This document shows, piece by piece, positions 49,289 to 59,324 of a stretch of DNA of 64,000 nt (its first letter is position 1; each line of letters opens with the position of its first letter). This stretch comes from a virus. The stretch is from the IMG/VR virus record IMGVR_UViG_3300042464_001105, positions 1-64,000 of that record. One strand, given 5' to 3'. Position numbers and translations under genes: made by a program. The notes below the pieces were generated by a model that was given only the letters and a program-made list of their open reading frames with translations, was not told where the DNA came from and did not search any database.

Positions 49289-50112
49289 CGATTCCCAAAG
49301 AGTCACCTCTATGGCCAGGATTGTCGGGACCCGGTGACGACGAGATAGTCTGTGTCGAGCGCTTCGACTCACGGCCTGTGAATAACAGCCGGGACCCATC
49401 GATAACGCTCCACTTCAGCCTGTGGCGAAGCGACGATGAATCGAGAATTGCCGGTAAGCTTGAGGATACTGCGCCAGCTTTGTTCGACGGCCTGGATGCG
49501 GACAGTTACACTCTCGATCCACAGGGTGGCGGTGTGTGGCTGGCACATGTGAATTACAAAATTCGCAATCAATCGGCCGAATCCTTCGACACGACGGGCG
49601 GGACAGTGCATGTCACACAGAGTTTTGGGACCAATCGCTTTGGAACGTTGGCTCCTGATTTCCAAGGGGCAATTGGAGTTAGCGATGACAGGGTTGATGG
49701 TGTGGATATTACGATCCCTGCTTACAAATTCTCGGAAACTCACTTCATTCCGAGAATCTTTGTTAACGCATCGTACAGAAACACGCTCTTTCAAATGACT
49801 GGAAAGGTCAACAACGCAACGTTTAAGAGTTTTGCTGCGGGGGAGGTGCTGTTCCTTGGCTCCACGGGGCAGCGCCGTGGGCGCGAGGATTTTGAAATCA
49901 ATTACAACTTCGCTGCCAGTCCGAACATTGCGTCGATTGTGTTTACGCCGAGCATCACCGTGCTCAACAAACAGGGTTGGGATTACATGTGGTTGTACTA
50001 CGATGACCAAGTCGATTCTGTCGCGCATCGTATCGTTCGTCGACCTCGAGGCGCTTACGTGGAAAGAGTCTACGAACGAGCTGACTTTAGCTTGTTGGGG
50101 TTGGGTGCATAA
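49285..50112 (+). CDS. Tail tip/distal tail protein
   Basis: SFDTTGG..VNNATFKSFAAGEVLFLG..KQGWDYMW; follows tape measure. Confidence 0.7.
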   Translation: MTIPKESPLWPGLSGPGDDEIVCVERFDSRPVNNSRDPSITLHFSLWRSDDESRIAGKLEDTAPALFDGLDADSYTLDPQGGGVWLAHVNYKIRNQSAESFDTTGGTVHVTQSFGTNRFGTLAPDFQGAIGVSDDRVDGVDITIPAYKFSETHFIPRIFVNASYRNTLFQMTGKVNNATFKSFAAGEVLFLGSTGQRRGREDFEINYNFAASPNIASIVFTPSITVLNKQGWDYMWLYYDDQVDSVAHRIVRRPRGAYVERVYERADFSLLGLGA

Positions 50113-50990
50113 TGCCACAGCGCGGAGATCCACTTGCAATTAGCGCCCGCGACTGGACGGACATGCAACGCGTGGTCGACAAGTTTCGCAACGGGGGCGT
50201 ATTGTTTCAAGCGGAGGCAATGCAAAGCACCTATCGTAGCCCCGCAATTGTGAAGGTGCTTAACGCTACAGCAGGTCCGCTCGAGCACTGTGGAATCGTA
50301 GGTCTCGGGGAACCCGTGATTCTACCAACCGACAACGAAATGGAATTCGTTCGAAACATCGCGTTTCGGATCGTACCGCCATTGCCTGGTTGCTGGGGTG
50401 TCCTACAGTCGCCGGTTGCGGCCGGTGAGATTACAACCGCCATCGTTGCGGGAGTTGCAGCCTGCAAAATCAACGTCGCTGCTGAGATAGACCTGAATCG
50501 ATTCGCGGATGCGGTTGATCCCGATTTCACAGAGCTGAGGGTAAGTGATTCGACTGGTAACGCTCAAATCCTATGGCGTGCAGGGGGCACTGGGAGCCAA
50601 TGGGCGATCGTCCGGATTGGCAACACAGCATGTGGTGAGAGGCTCGAGAAATTCGTCATGCTGAGTGATTGGTCAGACGATGGTCTTGCGGTTGCTCGTT
50701 TTACGTTAATGGAAGCGGCAGCATCGGACATGGTAGGGATTGTGGAAGATCCGTTAGGGATATTCGCGGACCAAATCGGACTTGGAAACTCTGGACTCGC
50801 CACAAGAACGTGTAGCGGACGACATTTTGTGATTCAAGCCGCATGTGAACAAAACGAAGTTGCTCCAAGTGCTCCGCTTGGAAGCTGCGCCTACAGCGAT
50901 CCGACAGGCAATCCTGCATGTTCAATGACGACGGAAGCAGATTGCGCGGCAATTCCTGGCGTATGGACTTTGGGAGGAACGTGTTCATGA
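50112..50990 (+). CDS. Tail-associated protein
   Basis: VKVLNATAG..WRAGGTGSQWAIVRIG; Cys-rich C-terminus. Confidence 0.7.
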   Translation: MPQRGDPLAISARDWTDMQRVVDKFRNGGVLFQAEAMQSTYRSPAIVKVLNATAGPLEHCGIVGLGEPVILPTDNEMEFVRNIAFRIVPPLPGCWGVLQSPVAAGEITTAIVAGVAACKINVAAEIDLNRFADAVDPDFTELRVSDSTGNAQILWRAGGTGSQWAIVRIGNTACGERLEKFVMLSDWSDDGLAVARFTLMEAAASDMVGIVEDPLGIFADQIGLGNSGLATRTCSGRHFVIQAACEQNEVAPSAPLGSCAYSDPTGNPACSMTTEADCAAIPGVWTLGGTCS

Positions 50991-51793
50991 CCGGTCATCC
51001 TTGCTGCTGCGTTGAGACAAGTTCCTCTAGCTCATCGGTGTCTAGTTCATCATCCAGCTCGAATCCAAGTTCGTCAAGTAGCTCATCCACACCTAGCTCA
51101 TCATCTAGCAATCCATCGTCGAGTAATCCGTCGTCAAGTAACCCATCATCGAGTAACCCATCATCGAGTAACTCATCATCGAGTAACTCATCATCGAGTA
51201 ACTCATCATCGAGTAATCCTTCCTCAAGCAGCCCATCATCCAGTAACCCTTCATCCAGCAACCCATCGTCTAGTAATCCTTCGTCTAGTAATCCTTCGTC
51301 TAGTAACCCTTCATCGAGTAACACATCATCGAGTAACCCTTCATCCAGTAATCCTTCATCCAGCAACCCGTCATCTAGCAACCCTAGCTCTAGCAATCCA
51401 TCGTCCAGTAATCCGTCCTCTAGCAATCCTTCGTCTAGTTCTAGTTCTAGTTCTAGTTCTAGTTGGTGCCCCAACCTGTATATTGCTGTATTCCAAGAAG
51501 CTCCTAGTGGGTTATGTTCAAACCCTACTCCTCCTGCCGTGCTAATAGCTACAGCTTATGGATGTTTCGAACGACAAGACCATTCTTTCTGGGCCATATG
51601 TGCAGACACCCCACCAAGTGATTGTTATTTCGGTAATACCGATTTCGCTAACTATATTTGGTATCAAAATAAGACAGCTAGAGAATTAGCAGACGATAAA
51701 GGTTTAACTGCCTGTTTTGAGTATGTGAATGGGTACTCAGATGCAAACCCGCACCCTGACTGTTGCCCCGATGGAGAAGGTCCACCACCATGA
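50987..51793 (+). CDS. Ser-rich protein with (SSSNP)n tract
   Basis: PCCC N-terminus, ~148-aa Ser tract, Cys-containing C-terminal domain. Confidence 0.75.
   Translation: MTGHPCCCVETSSSSSSVSSSSSSSNPSSSSSSSTPSSSSSNPSSSNPSSSNPSSSNPSSSNSSSSNSSSSNSSSSNPSSSSPSSSNPSSSNPSSSNPSSSNPSSSNPSSSNTSSSNPSSSNPSSSNPSSSNPSSSNPSSSNPSSSNPSSSSSSSSSSSWCPNLYIAVFQEAPSGLCSNPTPPAVLIATAYGCFERQDHSFWAICADTPPSDCYFGNTDFANYIWYQNKTARELADDKGLTACFEYVNGYSDANPHPDCCPDGEGPPP
51020..51463. repeat. Degenerate 15-bp coding repeat (SSSNP)
   Basis: Repeated TCATCGAGTAACCC-type units with synonymous variation. Confidence 0.9.
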
Positions 51794-52191
51794 AAGTTAG
51801 AAAGAGCTTATTGGTAGAAGCAGCCAAGGATAGACCGCAGGGATACTTAGAAGATGTTTATTCTCATGTTGAATCAGAAGACATGGAGTTTGTCTACATC
51901 AGTAACGATAACTACATGCTTCTGAAAAACAAATACACTGTTGAGCATGGTTTGCCAGGCACGGAACTAAAGAAGCTGATTTCCTGGTTCTATTCTCCTG
52001 ACAAGAAGAAGTGTAAATGCGCGACACGAATCAAGAAGATGAACGCATGGGGGCCAGATAAATGCGAACAGAGAATGGATACGATAGTTCGATGGCTGAA
52101 ACACTCGGCAAGAATCCACAAGGTTCCCTTCTTCGAACCAGCAGTGAAGCTGCTCATCAAAAAAGCAATAAAGAACTCACGGTCGCAGTGA
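51790..52191 (+). CDS. Hypothetical protein
   Basis: PGTELKKLI..CKC...MNAWGPDKC; ATGA coupling. Confidence 0.7.
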   Translation: MKVRKSLLVEAAKDRPQGYLEDVYSHVESEDMEFVYISNDNYMLLKNKYTVEHGLPGTELKKLISWFYSPDKKKCKCATRIKKMNAWGPDKCEQRMDTIVRWLKHSARIHKVPFFEPAVKLLIKKAIKNSRSQ

Positions 52192-52901
52192 CAACCGCCC
52201 CCCGCAAAGACTGCACACTTGCCTACTGTCTCGCATCCATCGAATCCTGCGGCTGGACGCCAATAGTCTTTGCGGAGCCGGGAGCGACTGAGACGGACTA
52301 TCAAACGATTCAAAACGCAACGAAGCTTGGAATTTGGCACAATTGGCTTCGTTCCTGCCGCTGGTGTCTTGAGCACTCGAGCACTGACTACATCATGACC
52401 GTTCAAGATGATTCGCTATTTCATCCGGATAGTAAAACGTTCGTGGATGCAATGTCCTGGCCGTCCAACTGTGGGTTCGTATCACTCTACACACCCAAGC
52501 ATTACTCGATTCAAAAGTCTGGTCAGTTGCGCCCGACCGGCATCAATCGCATTGTTACCAACAGCCTATGGGGCGCGTGCGCTCTGCTTTGGAATCGTTC
52601 CGTTCTATCGCAGGTTCTCGAAACACCCGCATGTAAATACTGGCTCGGTGCCAAGCCAAAGTCAGGTGCAAAGTCAGTCATCGAGAATCGTAGGCTCCAT
52701 CCTCACTTGATCGCCAATAGCGATACCGCGATCGGCAAGGCCGTCAATCGACTTGGCCTTGCGATGTACTTTGTGGATCCGTCACCCGTCCATCATGTGG
52801 CGAGGTATTCAACAATTTCACACGGCGACAACACTGGTCGTCGCAATTGTTATCGATGCGCTGACTTTGAAAAACCACTTTGGGATCAGGTCTACCAGTG
52901 A
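52188..52901 (+). CDS. Glycosyltransferase-like (GT-A) protein
   Basis: TTAPR..L..CLASI, MTVQDD, LWGACAL, PSPVHH. Confidence 0.6.
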   Translation: MTTAPRKDCTLAYCLASIESCGWTPIVFAEPGATETDYQTIQNATKLGIWHNWLRSCRWCLEHSSTDYIMTVQDDSLFHPDSKTFVDAMSWPSNCGFVSLYTPKHYSIQKSGQLRPTGINRIVTNSLWGACALLWNRSVLSQVLETPACKYWLGAKPKSGAKSVIENRRLHPHLIANSDTAIGKAVNRLGLAMYFVDPSPVHHVARYSTISHGDNTGRRNCYRCADFEKPLWDQVYQ

Positions 52902-53560
52902 AATTCATCACTTCCCTCAGTCGTCACCGCATCGAGCGCCAACAGTATTGCCTCAAGACTTGGCAACAGTACGGCGAGATAACAGCCGTACAATCAGCCG
53001 CTGACATTGAAGAGCTGACACCCCATTTTCCAGATGTCCATTTCATTGAGACTGATAAAACTGGTAACGAGATCTATCGTCTACCCAACCGCGTACGCAT
53101 CAAAGCGATGATTGACCAAGGCCCTGGCCTATTGATCAACAGTGACATCAAGATAGACTCCAGTCACGAGAACTTCCAAGCAGACTGGGAAACGGAAAGA
53201 GGGCAATTTAACGTTGGCATTCGTTACGACTTCGACGGACCTGGACAGCCAAAGATGATGAACCTATATGGAATCGATGCGTTCCTGATCACAGAGGAGG
53301 TGATGGACCTGATTCCCGATGTGGGGTTTGTAATCGGAGTATCCGTCTGGGACTATTGGATAGTATGGCACATGATGACGGAGCGATTTCGAATCAAGGC
53401 GAAGACAAGGCCTGGCCTACTACACTTGCGTCACCCTCAGAACTGGGGCGAGCGGGACACCGAAATAGGCCTCTCGATCATGCGATCCGTGTACGGTCTC
53501 AACGAGCCCAAGAAGATCCTGGACTCTGTTATTCCAATTGCAACCAATCGAAAGCGTTAG
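52898..53560 (+). CDS. Glycosyltransferase-like protein
   Basis: LINSDI, GIDAF, G...WDYWI, HLRHPQNW. Confidence 0.55.
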   Translation: MKFITSLSRHRIERQQYCLKTWQQYGEITAVQSAADIEELTPHFPDVHFIETDKTGNEIYRLPNRVRIKAMIDQGPGLLINSDIKIDSSHENFQADWETERGQFNVGIRYDFDGPGQPKMMNLYGIDAFLITEEVMDLIPDVGFVIGVSVWDYWIVWHMMTERFRIKAKTRPGLLHLRHPQNWGERDTEIGLSIMRSVYGLNEPKKILDSVIPIATNRKR

Positions 53561-53716
53561 AAATGGCAATGTCTACGATAAAGAGCGAAGGCCGGCACTG
53601 AATTTGCGTCACTTAAATCGGGAATGATGTGACCAAACGTGTCCCGAGTCCATGCCAGGATTGTAATTGGGTCTGAATCAATGTTTTCTATCGCTCGCTC
53701 GCAGGGAATTGTCAAA

Positions 53717-54226
53717 ATGCTTACCCGCTGTTTGTTCGTATTATGTCTGATTATTTCGATTGGTTTTAGTGACAACTTTCGAGCTCAATCTGACGACAAT
53801 CGAAGCAAACAACAATGGCCCATTATTCAGTGGTACTCCGGCATCGGTAGCCAAATTGGTGATCGAACCACCTTCCGTGATGCATCCGGTCGGACGCAAG
53901 GCTCGGCAACACAATCAGGCGGTAAAACCACATTCCGCGATAGTTCTGGTCGAACGGTTGGATCAGCTGATACCTCAGGAAGCCGAATAACGATCCGCGA
54001 CGCCAGCGGCAGAACGATTGAGACTGCGAGTACGAACCGTGATCGTACGACATTTCGATCATCGAGTAACAGCAGCTTAGGCTCAGCAAGTCAGTCTCGC
54101 AATCAAACGACATTTCGCGATGCAAGTGGACGGTCGACTGGATCTGCGAGCAACCATAGTAATCGAACAACATTCAGAGATAGTTCTGGGCGGTCGACGG
54201 GATCAGCGAGTAATAGTCGGCGATAG
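53717..54226 (+). CDS. Secreted protein with six 20-aa repeats (TTFRDxSGRxxGSA)
   Basis: Signal-like N-terminus; 60-bp period over 53867-54223. Confidence 0.7.
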   Translation: MLTRCLFVLCLIISIGFSDNFRAQSDDNRSKQQWPIIQWYSGIGSQIGDRTTFRDASGRTQGSATQSGGKTTFRDSSGRTVGSADTSGSRITIRDASGRTIETASTNRDRTTFRSSSNSSLGSASQSRNQTTFRDASGRSTGSASNHSNRTTFRDSSGRSTGSASNSRR

Positions 54227-54540
54227 TTGCGATCGATCACGTTTCCAAACTCTGGCCAGTATGTTAGGCGCGAGGGAATGTTCTCTATCTAGACAAGGGC
54301 AAGGGCAACCGCAGCGATTGCCTCTCGCCGTTTGATCCTGCTGACCCTGCGTTTGGGCCCGAAGGCTTCGTTGGTTACTTTTCAATCCAAGGATTCATCG
54401 CCCGAGAGCAGTTTATTCTCGATTTACCCTACCGCAGTGACCTAAGTTGTCACAGGCTCAACTGATAATGAATGTGTTGGGACGCGGCAGACCAACGATT
54501 CCCGCACTGCCGCAGCAATCGAACTCAAGGAAGACTCAAA

Positions 54541-54750
54541 ATGCTAGTTCTAAGTCGCAAAGTTGGTGATAAGCTAGTTATCGACGGCAACATCACTGTC
54601 GAAGTCGTCAAGATCTCTGGCAACCGAATTTCGCTTGGCATTGTTGCTCCCTCTAATGTCAAAATCCTCCGTGGTGAGTTAACCGAGCAGCAAGCCAAGG
54701 CGCAAATTGTGGAGCTGGTTGTTGAAGATGGATTGTTGGTGGCTTGCTAG
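54541..54750 (+). CDS. csrA: Carbon storage regulator CsrA-family protein
   Basis: MLVLSRKVGDKLVIDGNITVEVV..ISLGIVAPSNVKILRGEL. Confidence 0.9.
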   Translation: MLVLSRKVGDKLVIDGNITVEVVKISGNRISLGIVAPSNVKILRGELTEQQAKAQIVELVVEDGLLVAC

Positions 54751-54774
54751 ACTCATAAGTAGTTTGTGTCGAGG

Positions 54775-54960
54775 CTATCCACGACCACCTTCGCAGCAAG
54801 TCTCGCAAATCCTGTGACACTTGGAGCATTGCAGCTTCGCGCGGATGTCAATCAGCGATCCGCCGCACACAGGGCAAGCGGGCTGGCATTGTTTCTCTGA
54901 TTGCGCCACTTTCACGACTGGATTGGTTTGGCCAGCGTTATTCTGGTTCTCGACTTTCAT
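54775..54960 (-). CDS. Small Zn-ribbon protein
   Basis: CPVCGG..CSKC..CETCCEGG. Confidence 0.65.
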   Translation of the reverse strand: MKVENQNNAGQTNPVVKVAQSEKQCQPACPVCGGSLIDIRAKLQCSKCHRICETCCEGGRG

Positions 54961-54982
54961 ATGCTTCGTTTTCTACCTTACT

Positions 54983-55252
54983 GTATTGACCTGCCCTAGA
55001 ACAAAAGAGCCGTACATCGGATCAGCGACTGGGGCCGATGGATTCCATGGAAGATGGCTCCAATATTTCGCGAACCATCACGGTGGTAACAAGGGATTGA
55101 AATCACGCGAGCCAAGTGACTACCAGGTCTCAATACTTGAGATTGCGGGGTCAGCTCAAACGCACGATGAAATCTTGGCAATGGAAGGGCGATGGTAACG
55201 AAAGCTCCAGAGTCGAGAAATGGGACTTAATCGGAACCTTGCTAAGAAGTAG
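54983..55252 (+). pseudogene. GIY-YIG nuclease C-terminal remnant
   Basis: PYIGSATG...GRW...GGNKGL...E..W*RKLQSREMGLN. Internal TAA at 55196 and no 5' part. Confidence 0.7.
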
Positions 55253-55371
55253 ACTAAGTGAAATAAATATGATGCTGATGAATCCTTGCTATCTCAATTG
55301 AAGGACATTCGTACCTTGATTGGCAAAACATCTGTAGATTACCCGGCTTTCGGCAGTGCGGACTGAATGAC

Positions 55372-57552
55372 CTACTCGTCATCATCGTCTTCATCGCCCT
55401 CGTCTTCATCCGTTTCAGCTGCTATGGACTCGAGGTATTCAACACGAACATCCCGAAGTGATTTCTTGCCCTGCTTTTCTACTAGAAAGAACCACCAGCC
55501 ATTCGTGGCAACACCTGTGAGTGCTTTTGCTGCTTCAGAAGCAGTTGCACAAACGGTCCCGTCAATATCGACTCGTCCGTCCCCAAGCAAGGTGGCTGCT
55601 TTCTGCGAGAACTTCTTTTGCCTTGGAATCAGTGTCATGCCAACTTGAAGGCAGCCTGCGCTTAACAACACACTTAGATCGACGCGATATCGTGGCCTTG
55701 TTTTTTCTGCAGTGAATGCCGATTTGTGACCATCCGGAGTGGGCCAGATTTCTACGATTAGTTTCGCCAGAGAGTCCGAACGACTTCGGATTTTTGAGTC
55801 GTTCCAATCGGCCTCTGCAAACTCTAGGAGTTTACGATTTAGCATAAGGACATCATGTGCCTTTAATCCCTGCATTTTTCCGCTAACTCCGCCCCACGGA
55901 CCGTTCGAAACTTTTGAATTGAGTCGTGAAGTGAGTAAAGTCAAATTGCCAATCGTGTGAATTAGTGCATCGCGTTCGCCTTCGGAGCGTGAGCCTTCAG
56001 GTAACGACCAATGAACTTGCCATTTTCGAGGCATTACATGCTCAATTGCGTATTTTCCGCGAAACACGCGCTCGAAGTTGAAACTAACCTGCGTACCGCA
56101 CCAGCCTCGAAGATGGTCTTCGATTGCTTCGATCACCATTCGAAGTCGACCGCGCCCCAGTCGTCGATACGCTGGCAGGACTCTCAGCTCCTCTCGTACT
56201 TCGTTGTCATCTGGCCAGTAGCGGCTTTCACTCGTTTGGCCCGCGAAAAAGGTTTCAATCGCGTCACCAACTTTGGTTCGATCTTGATTTGACAAATGCC
56301 GAATCAGTTCCGCAACAATCTGGCTGTAGCTCTTGGTTGTAGCTCTGACGAGCATTCGCCTAACCATCCAGCTCTCAATCACACTCAAAGCCTTTAAAAG
56401 TTGCTCTTTCGGGATGGTTGATTTCTCTGGATCCAAAAGATTGAGGACCAAAGGCTTGATGACTTCGCTTTCCAACACACTTGATCGGTACGAAAAAAGC
56501 CCTAATCGGTCAATCATGCCGGTGGGTTGCAATCCATCGAGAATAAACACTCGATATATCGTTGCGGATCGACTGATCTGCTTTAGAAGCTGCTGCATCG
56601 GCAGCCCTGATTCAATTGCGTAACGTTTAAACCGAGTGAATACTTCGCGAGCGACAACCTCCTCTCCAGTTTGTGCGATCAACCAATGATTGAGATAAAT
56701 GGATGATCGCGGATAACGCATTCGACCAACATTGACTTCAGCTTCCCAAAATGCCGACTCAAAATCTTTCCAGTTTTGAACATAAGCTGTCTCCACATCC
56801 GCACCAGAATCCAGCAACCGTTGAAAGACAAAGTTTTTTATCAAGTCGGCAGCGGTCAACTGTGCTCCGCGTGCATTTAGAGTCTCGAATATCTCTTGTG
56901 CATTCTCGTCGACGCCCAAATCGATAACTACCATCTGCAATAGATCGCGGATAACGGTTTCGATTGCCATAGAGCGTGCTGTAATCGACTCCAAACCATC
57001 AGCCTTCAGCCATTGTCGTGCCTGTTCCGCGAAATAACGATGTGCTTGCACCATCCGCTCCTCGCCAAACCCGACAGAATCGTAGTCGACAGGTTCCGTG
57101 GCCGACATCACAGCGTTGAAAGCGGGGCGATCTCGATTGGTTGGCCAAACCTTGAATCGATCCTCCGGCTGTGAACAAAAGGGAGCTGCATTCACGACAA
57201 GCGTTTCAAGTCGCATCGCTGGAGCTGTGGCACCAACCGCAATGAGTTCAGCGTGCAAAGCATCAAACAATAGCTGCAGCGTCGTCAGTCGCTGTTGCCC
57301 ATCGATGATCGTACGTTCCTGCATCGTGCCGACAGAGTTTTGCACCTGTTGCAGTACAACCGCGCCGATAAAGTGCGGCTGATGCGTGGACGTTGGTGCC
57401 TTCAAAACACGCTCTGTTAAGCGAATCACATCATTCCAAAGGGGCTCCCACTGATTCTCTTCGCTCCACACGTAAGGACGCTGAAATAGAGGTACTGTCA
57501 AGCGTTGTGGGTGCATGAAAACCGTTTGAGGCGTACGAACTTGGGTTTCCAA
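55372..57552 (-). CDS. gmrSD: GmrSD-type type IV restriction enzyme (DUF262 + DUF1524) with C-terminal RAMA-like domain
   Basis: FQRPYVW, IIDGQQRLTT, IFETLNARG, IEHVMP..IGNLTLL..N, C-terminal SEAAK...NGWWFF. Confidence 0.88.
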   Translation of the reverse strand: METQVRTPQTVFMHPQRLTVPLFQRPYVWSEENQWEPLWNDVIRLTERVLKAPTSTHQPHFIGAVVLQQVQNSVGTMQERTIIDGQQRLTTLQLLFDALHAELIAVGATAPAMRLETLVVNAAPFCSQPEDRFKVWPTNRDRPAFNAVMSATEPVDYDSVGFGEERMVQAHRYFAEQARQWLKADGLESITARSMAIETVIRDLLQMVVIDLGVDENAQEIFETLNARGAQLTAADLIKNFVFQRLLDSGADVETAYVQNWKDFESAFWEAEVNVGRMRYPRSSIYLNHWLIAQTGEEVVAREVFTRFKRYAIESGLPMQQLLKQISRSATIYRVFILDGLQPTGMIDRLGLFSYRSSVLESEVIKPLVLNLLDPEKSTIPKEQLLKALSVIESWMVRRMLVRATTKSYSQIVAELIRHLSNQDRTKVGDAIETFFAGQTSESRYWPDDNEVREELRVLPAYRRLGRGRLRMVIEAIEDHLRGWCGTQVSFNFERVFRGKYAIEHVMPRKWQVHWSLPEGSRSEGERDALIHTIGNLTLLTSRLNSKVSNGPWGGVSGKMQGLKAHDVLMLNRKLLEFAEADWNDSKIRSRSDSLAKLIVEIWPTPDGHKSAFTAEKTRPRYRVDLSVLLSAGCLQVGMTLIPRQKKFSQKAATLLGDGRVDIDGTVCATASEAAKALTGVATNGWWFFLVEKQGKKSLRDVRVEYLESIAAETDEDEGDEDDDDE

Positions 57553-57749
57553 AGCGTGTTAACTCCTTCAAAATTCTTGGAATTTTTGAGCCCAGAGAAC
57601 GCCCCCGAAACGCAAGCCTCTGATAGTCTTTTTGTTGATTCGTTCGAAGAAACGAGCGTTTGGCGCTTGCACGACTCATTGAAAAGCATACCAAACCTTG
57701 GTAAGGTTTGGCTAGTTCGGGTAACCAATTAATTTACCGGGAGACTGCT

Positions 57750-57971
57750 GTGAACAAACTCAAGGACTTCTTACGAATCACTGAGGCTGCCGTTTATCTG
57801 GGCGTGTCACCAAACACGTTACGGAACTGGGAGAACTCCGGCAAAATTATCGCTCACCGTCATCCTGTGAACGGTTACCGGCTATTCAAACAGGAAGAGC
57901 TCGACACTCTTCTAAGTCTTGCAGAGCGTCCAAGCACGGGCGTTCAAGATTCTTATCGAAAACCGCGTTGA
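57750..57971 (+). CDS. MerR/excisionase-type HTH protein
   Basis: ITEAAVYLGVSPNTLRNWE..G..R.PVNGYRLF. Confidence 0.85.
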   Translation: MNKLKDFLRITEAAVYLGVSPNTLRNWENSGKIIAHRHPVNGYRLFKQEELDTLLSLAERPSTGVQDSYRKPR

Positions 57972-58037
57972 TAAAAGGAACAAAAGCCGATAACGCCCCA
58001 AAAACGTCGTTTCGCCGATACTCACATGGACACGTGC

Positions 58038-58649
58038 ATGAGCAAGACCAAGTTCGCGCTTTCGTTTACCGCGGGAGGACTTCTATACAACGAATCAATC
58101 GTTGTTGCCGAAGCCCTTTTGAGGAACGATCACGACTGGAATACGACACTCATTGAGGTTGAACAAAAGAATCTACTTCAAAGCCGCACGCCTAGTACTG
58201 CGAAACGCAAACTGCATGAGATCTCCCAACGCATGAAGTGCCTAACAGCTGATCAATTGGCACTGTTGGTCAATGGAACGCGGTTGGAACAGAAGCTCAT
58301 TCTGTGGTTAGCATGCTGCCTCAAATATCCGCTTCTCGCTGAATTGGCACGCGATGTGTTACGTGCCAAGTTCCTACAGCTCGACTACGCGATAGATGCG
58401 GTCGATGTTGCGAAGTTCATCGAATCGCAAACCTTGTGGCACGAAGAATTGGAGGAGCTAACCCCATCAACACTAACCAAACTTCAGACAGTCATGCTTC
58501 GAATGCTCAGAGAATCCGAGTTGGTTTCGGACGACGGAATCATTTCATCTCCCTTGGTCTCCGGTCGCTTCATTCAAGTTCTCCAGCGTGACTCATCAAG
58601 CCACCTGCTTTTCTTCCCACTGGTGATTGAGAACGGACGGGTGACTTAA
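58038..58649 (+). CDS. brxA: BREX protein BrxA (DUF1819)
   Basis: SFTAGGLL..NLLQSRT..T.KR; gene order. Confidence 0.85.
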   Translation: MSKTKFALSFTAGGLLYNESIVVAEALLRNDHDWNTTLIEVEQKNLLQSRTPSTAKRKLHEISQRMKCLTADQLALLVNGTRLEQKLILWLACCLKYPLLAELARDVLRAKFLQLDYAIDAVDVAKFIESQTLWHEELEELTPSTLTKLQTVMLRMLRESELVSDDGIISSPLVSGRFIQVLQRDSSSHLLFFPLVIENGRVT

Positions 58650-58650
58650 T

Positions 58651-59262
58651 ATGCCAAACGATCTACAGAAAGCTCCGATAGCAACTCGCTTCGATCACTT
58701 GCTGAACGTGATCAGTAGCCAACGATTCTTACGCATGGAAGGGATCGGCAAGGAAGTGCCGTTCTTTGTCGTGCCATACTGCCCAACTGAGCATTTGGAA
58801 ATCGAAGCCATTCGCGGCCAGTTGATCAACAAGCTTCGCCACAAAGGCATTCGCATCCTAGAGATCAATCTCTATGACTTGAGTAAGGAGCTCATGGATG
58901 CCGAAGGCGACTGGCAATATTGGATTGAGAATGAGTCGACCATTTCCAAATCAGAGCTCGAAAAGGCCTTTATGAACCTGACCGATTCGGAGACGAAACT
59001 CGCCCCAGCAATTGCTGAGAAGATTCGTGCCACCGAGTTTGACGTGCTGTTCTTGTCTGGCGTAGGCGAAGTGTTTCCGTACATCAGATCGCATACAGTC
59101 TTGAACAACTTACAGAGCGTCGCCAAGTCTCATCCTATGGTGATGTTCTTCCCTGGCGATTACTCACACTCGCTTGAGGAGGGGGCGTCGCTGGATTTAT
59201 TCGGACGGCTCCATGACGACAAGTACTATCGCGCCTTCAACATCTTTGATCGCGAGACATAA
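58651..59262 (+). CDS. brxB: BREX protein BrxB (DUF1788)
   Basis: GVGEVFPYIRSH..MFFPGDY..YYRAF. Confidence 0.92.
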   Translation: MPNDLQKAPIATRFDHLLNVISSQRFLRMEGIGKEVPFFVVPYCPTEHLEIEAIRGQLINKLRHKGIRILEINLYDLSKELMDAEGDWQYWIENESTISKSELEKAFMNLTDSETKLAPAIAEKIRATEFDVLFLSGVGEVFPYIRSHTVLNNLQSVAKSHPMVMFFPGDYSHSLEEGASLDLFGRLHDDKYYRAFNIFDRET

Positions 59263-59324
59263 GTCAGTGATTGCAACTTAGTGACGACTTAAAACCAATT
59301 TCATTTAGCTTTCGACGATACACC

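Larger units (their letters stand above)
11329..53560 (+). mobile_element. Lambdoid/siphovirus-like prophage (boundaries approximate)
   Basis: Ordered replication, packaging, head and tail modules. No att sites or integrase recognised. Confidence 0.88.

Noticed and set aside
49369-50139. 256-aa minus-strand ORF
   Set aside because: In-register shadow of a single tail gene.
50995-51545. (LLDEG)n and (HHRVT)n ORFs
   Set aside because: Alternative-frame readings of the Ser repeat; synonymous variation fits the SSSNP frame.
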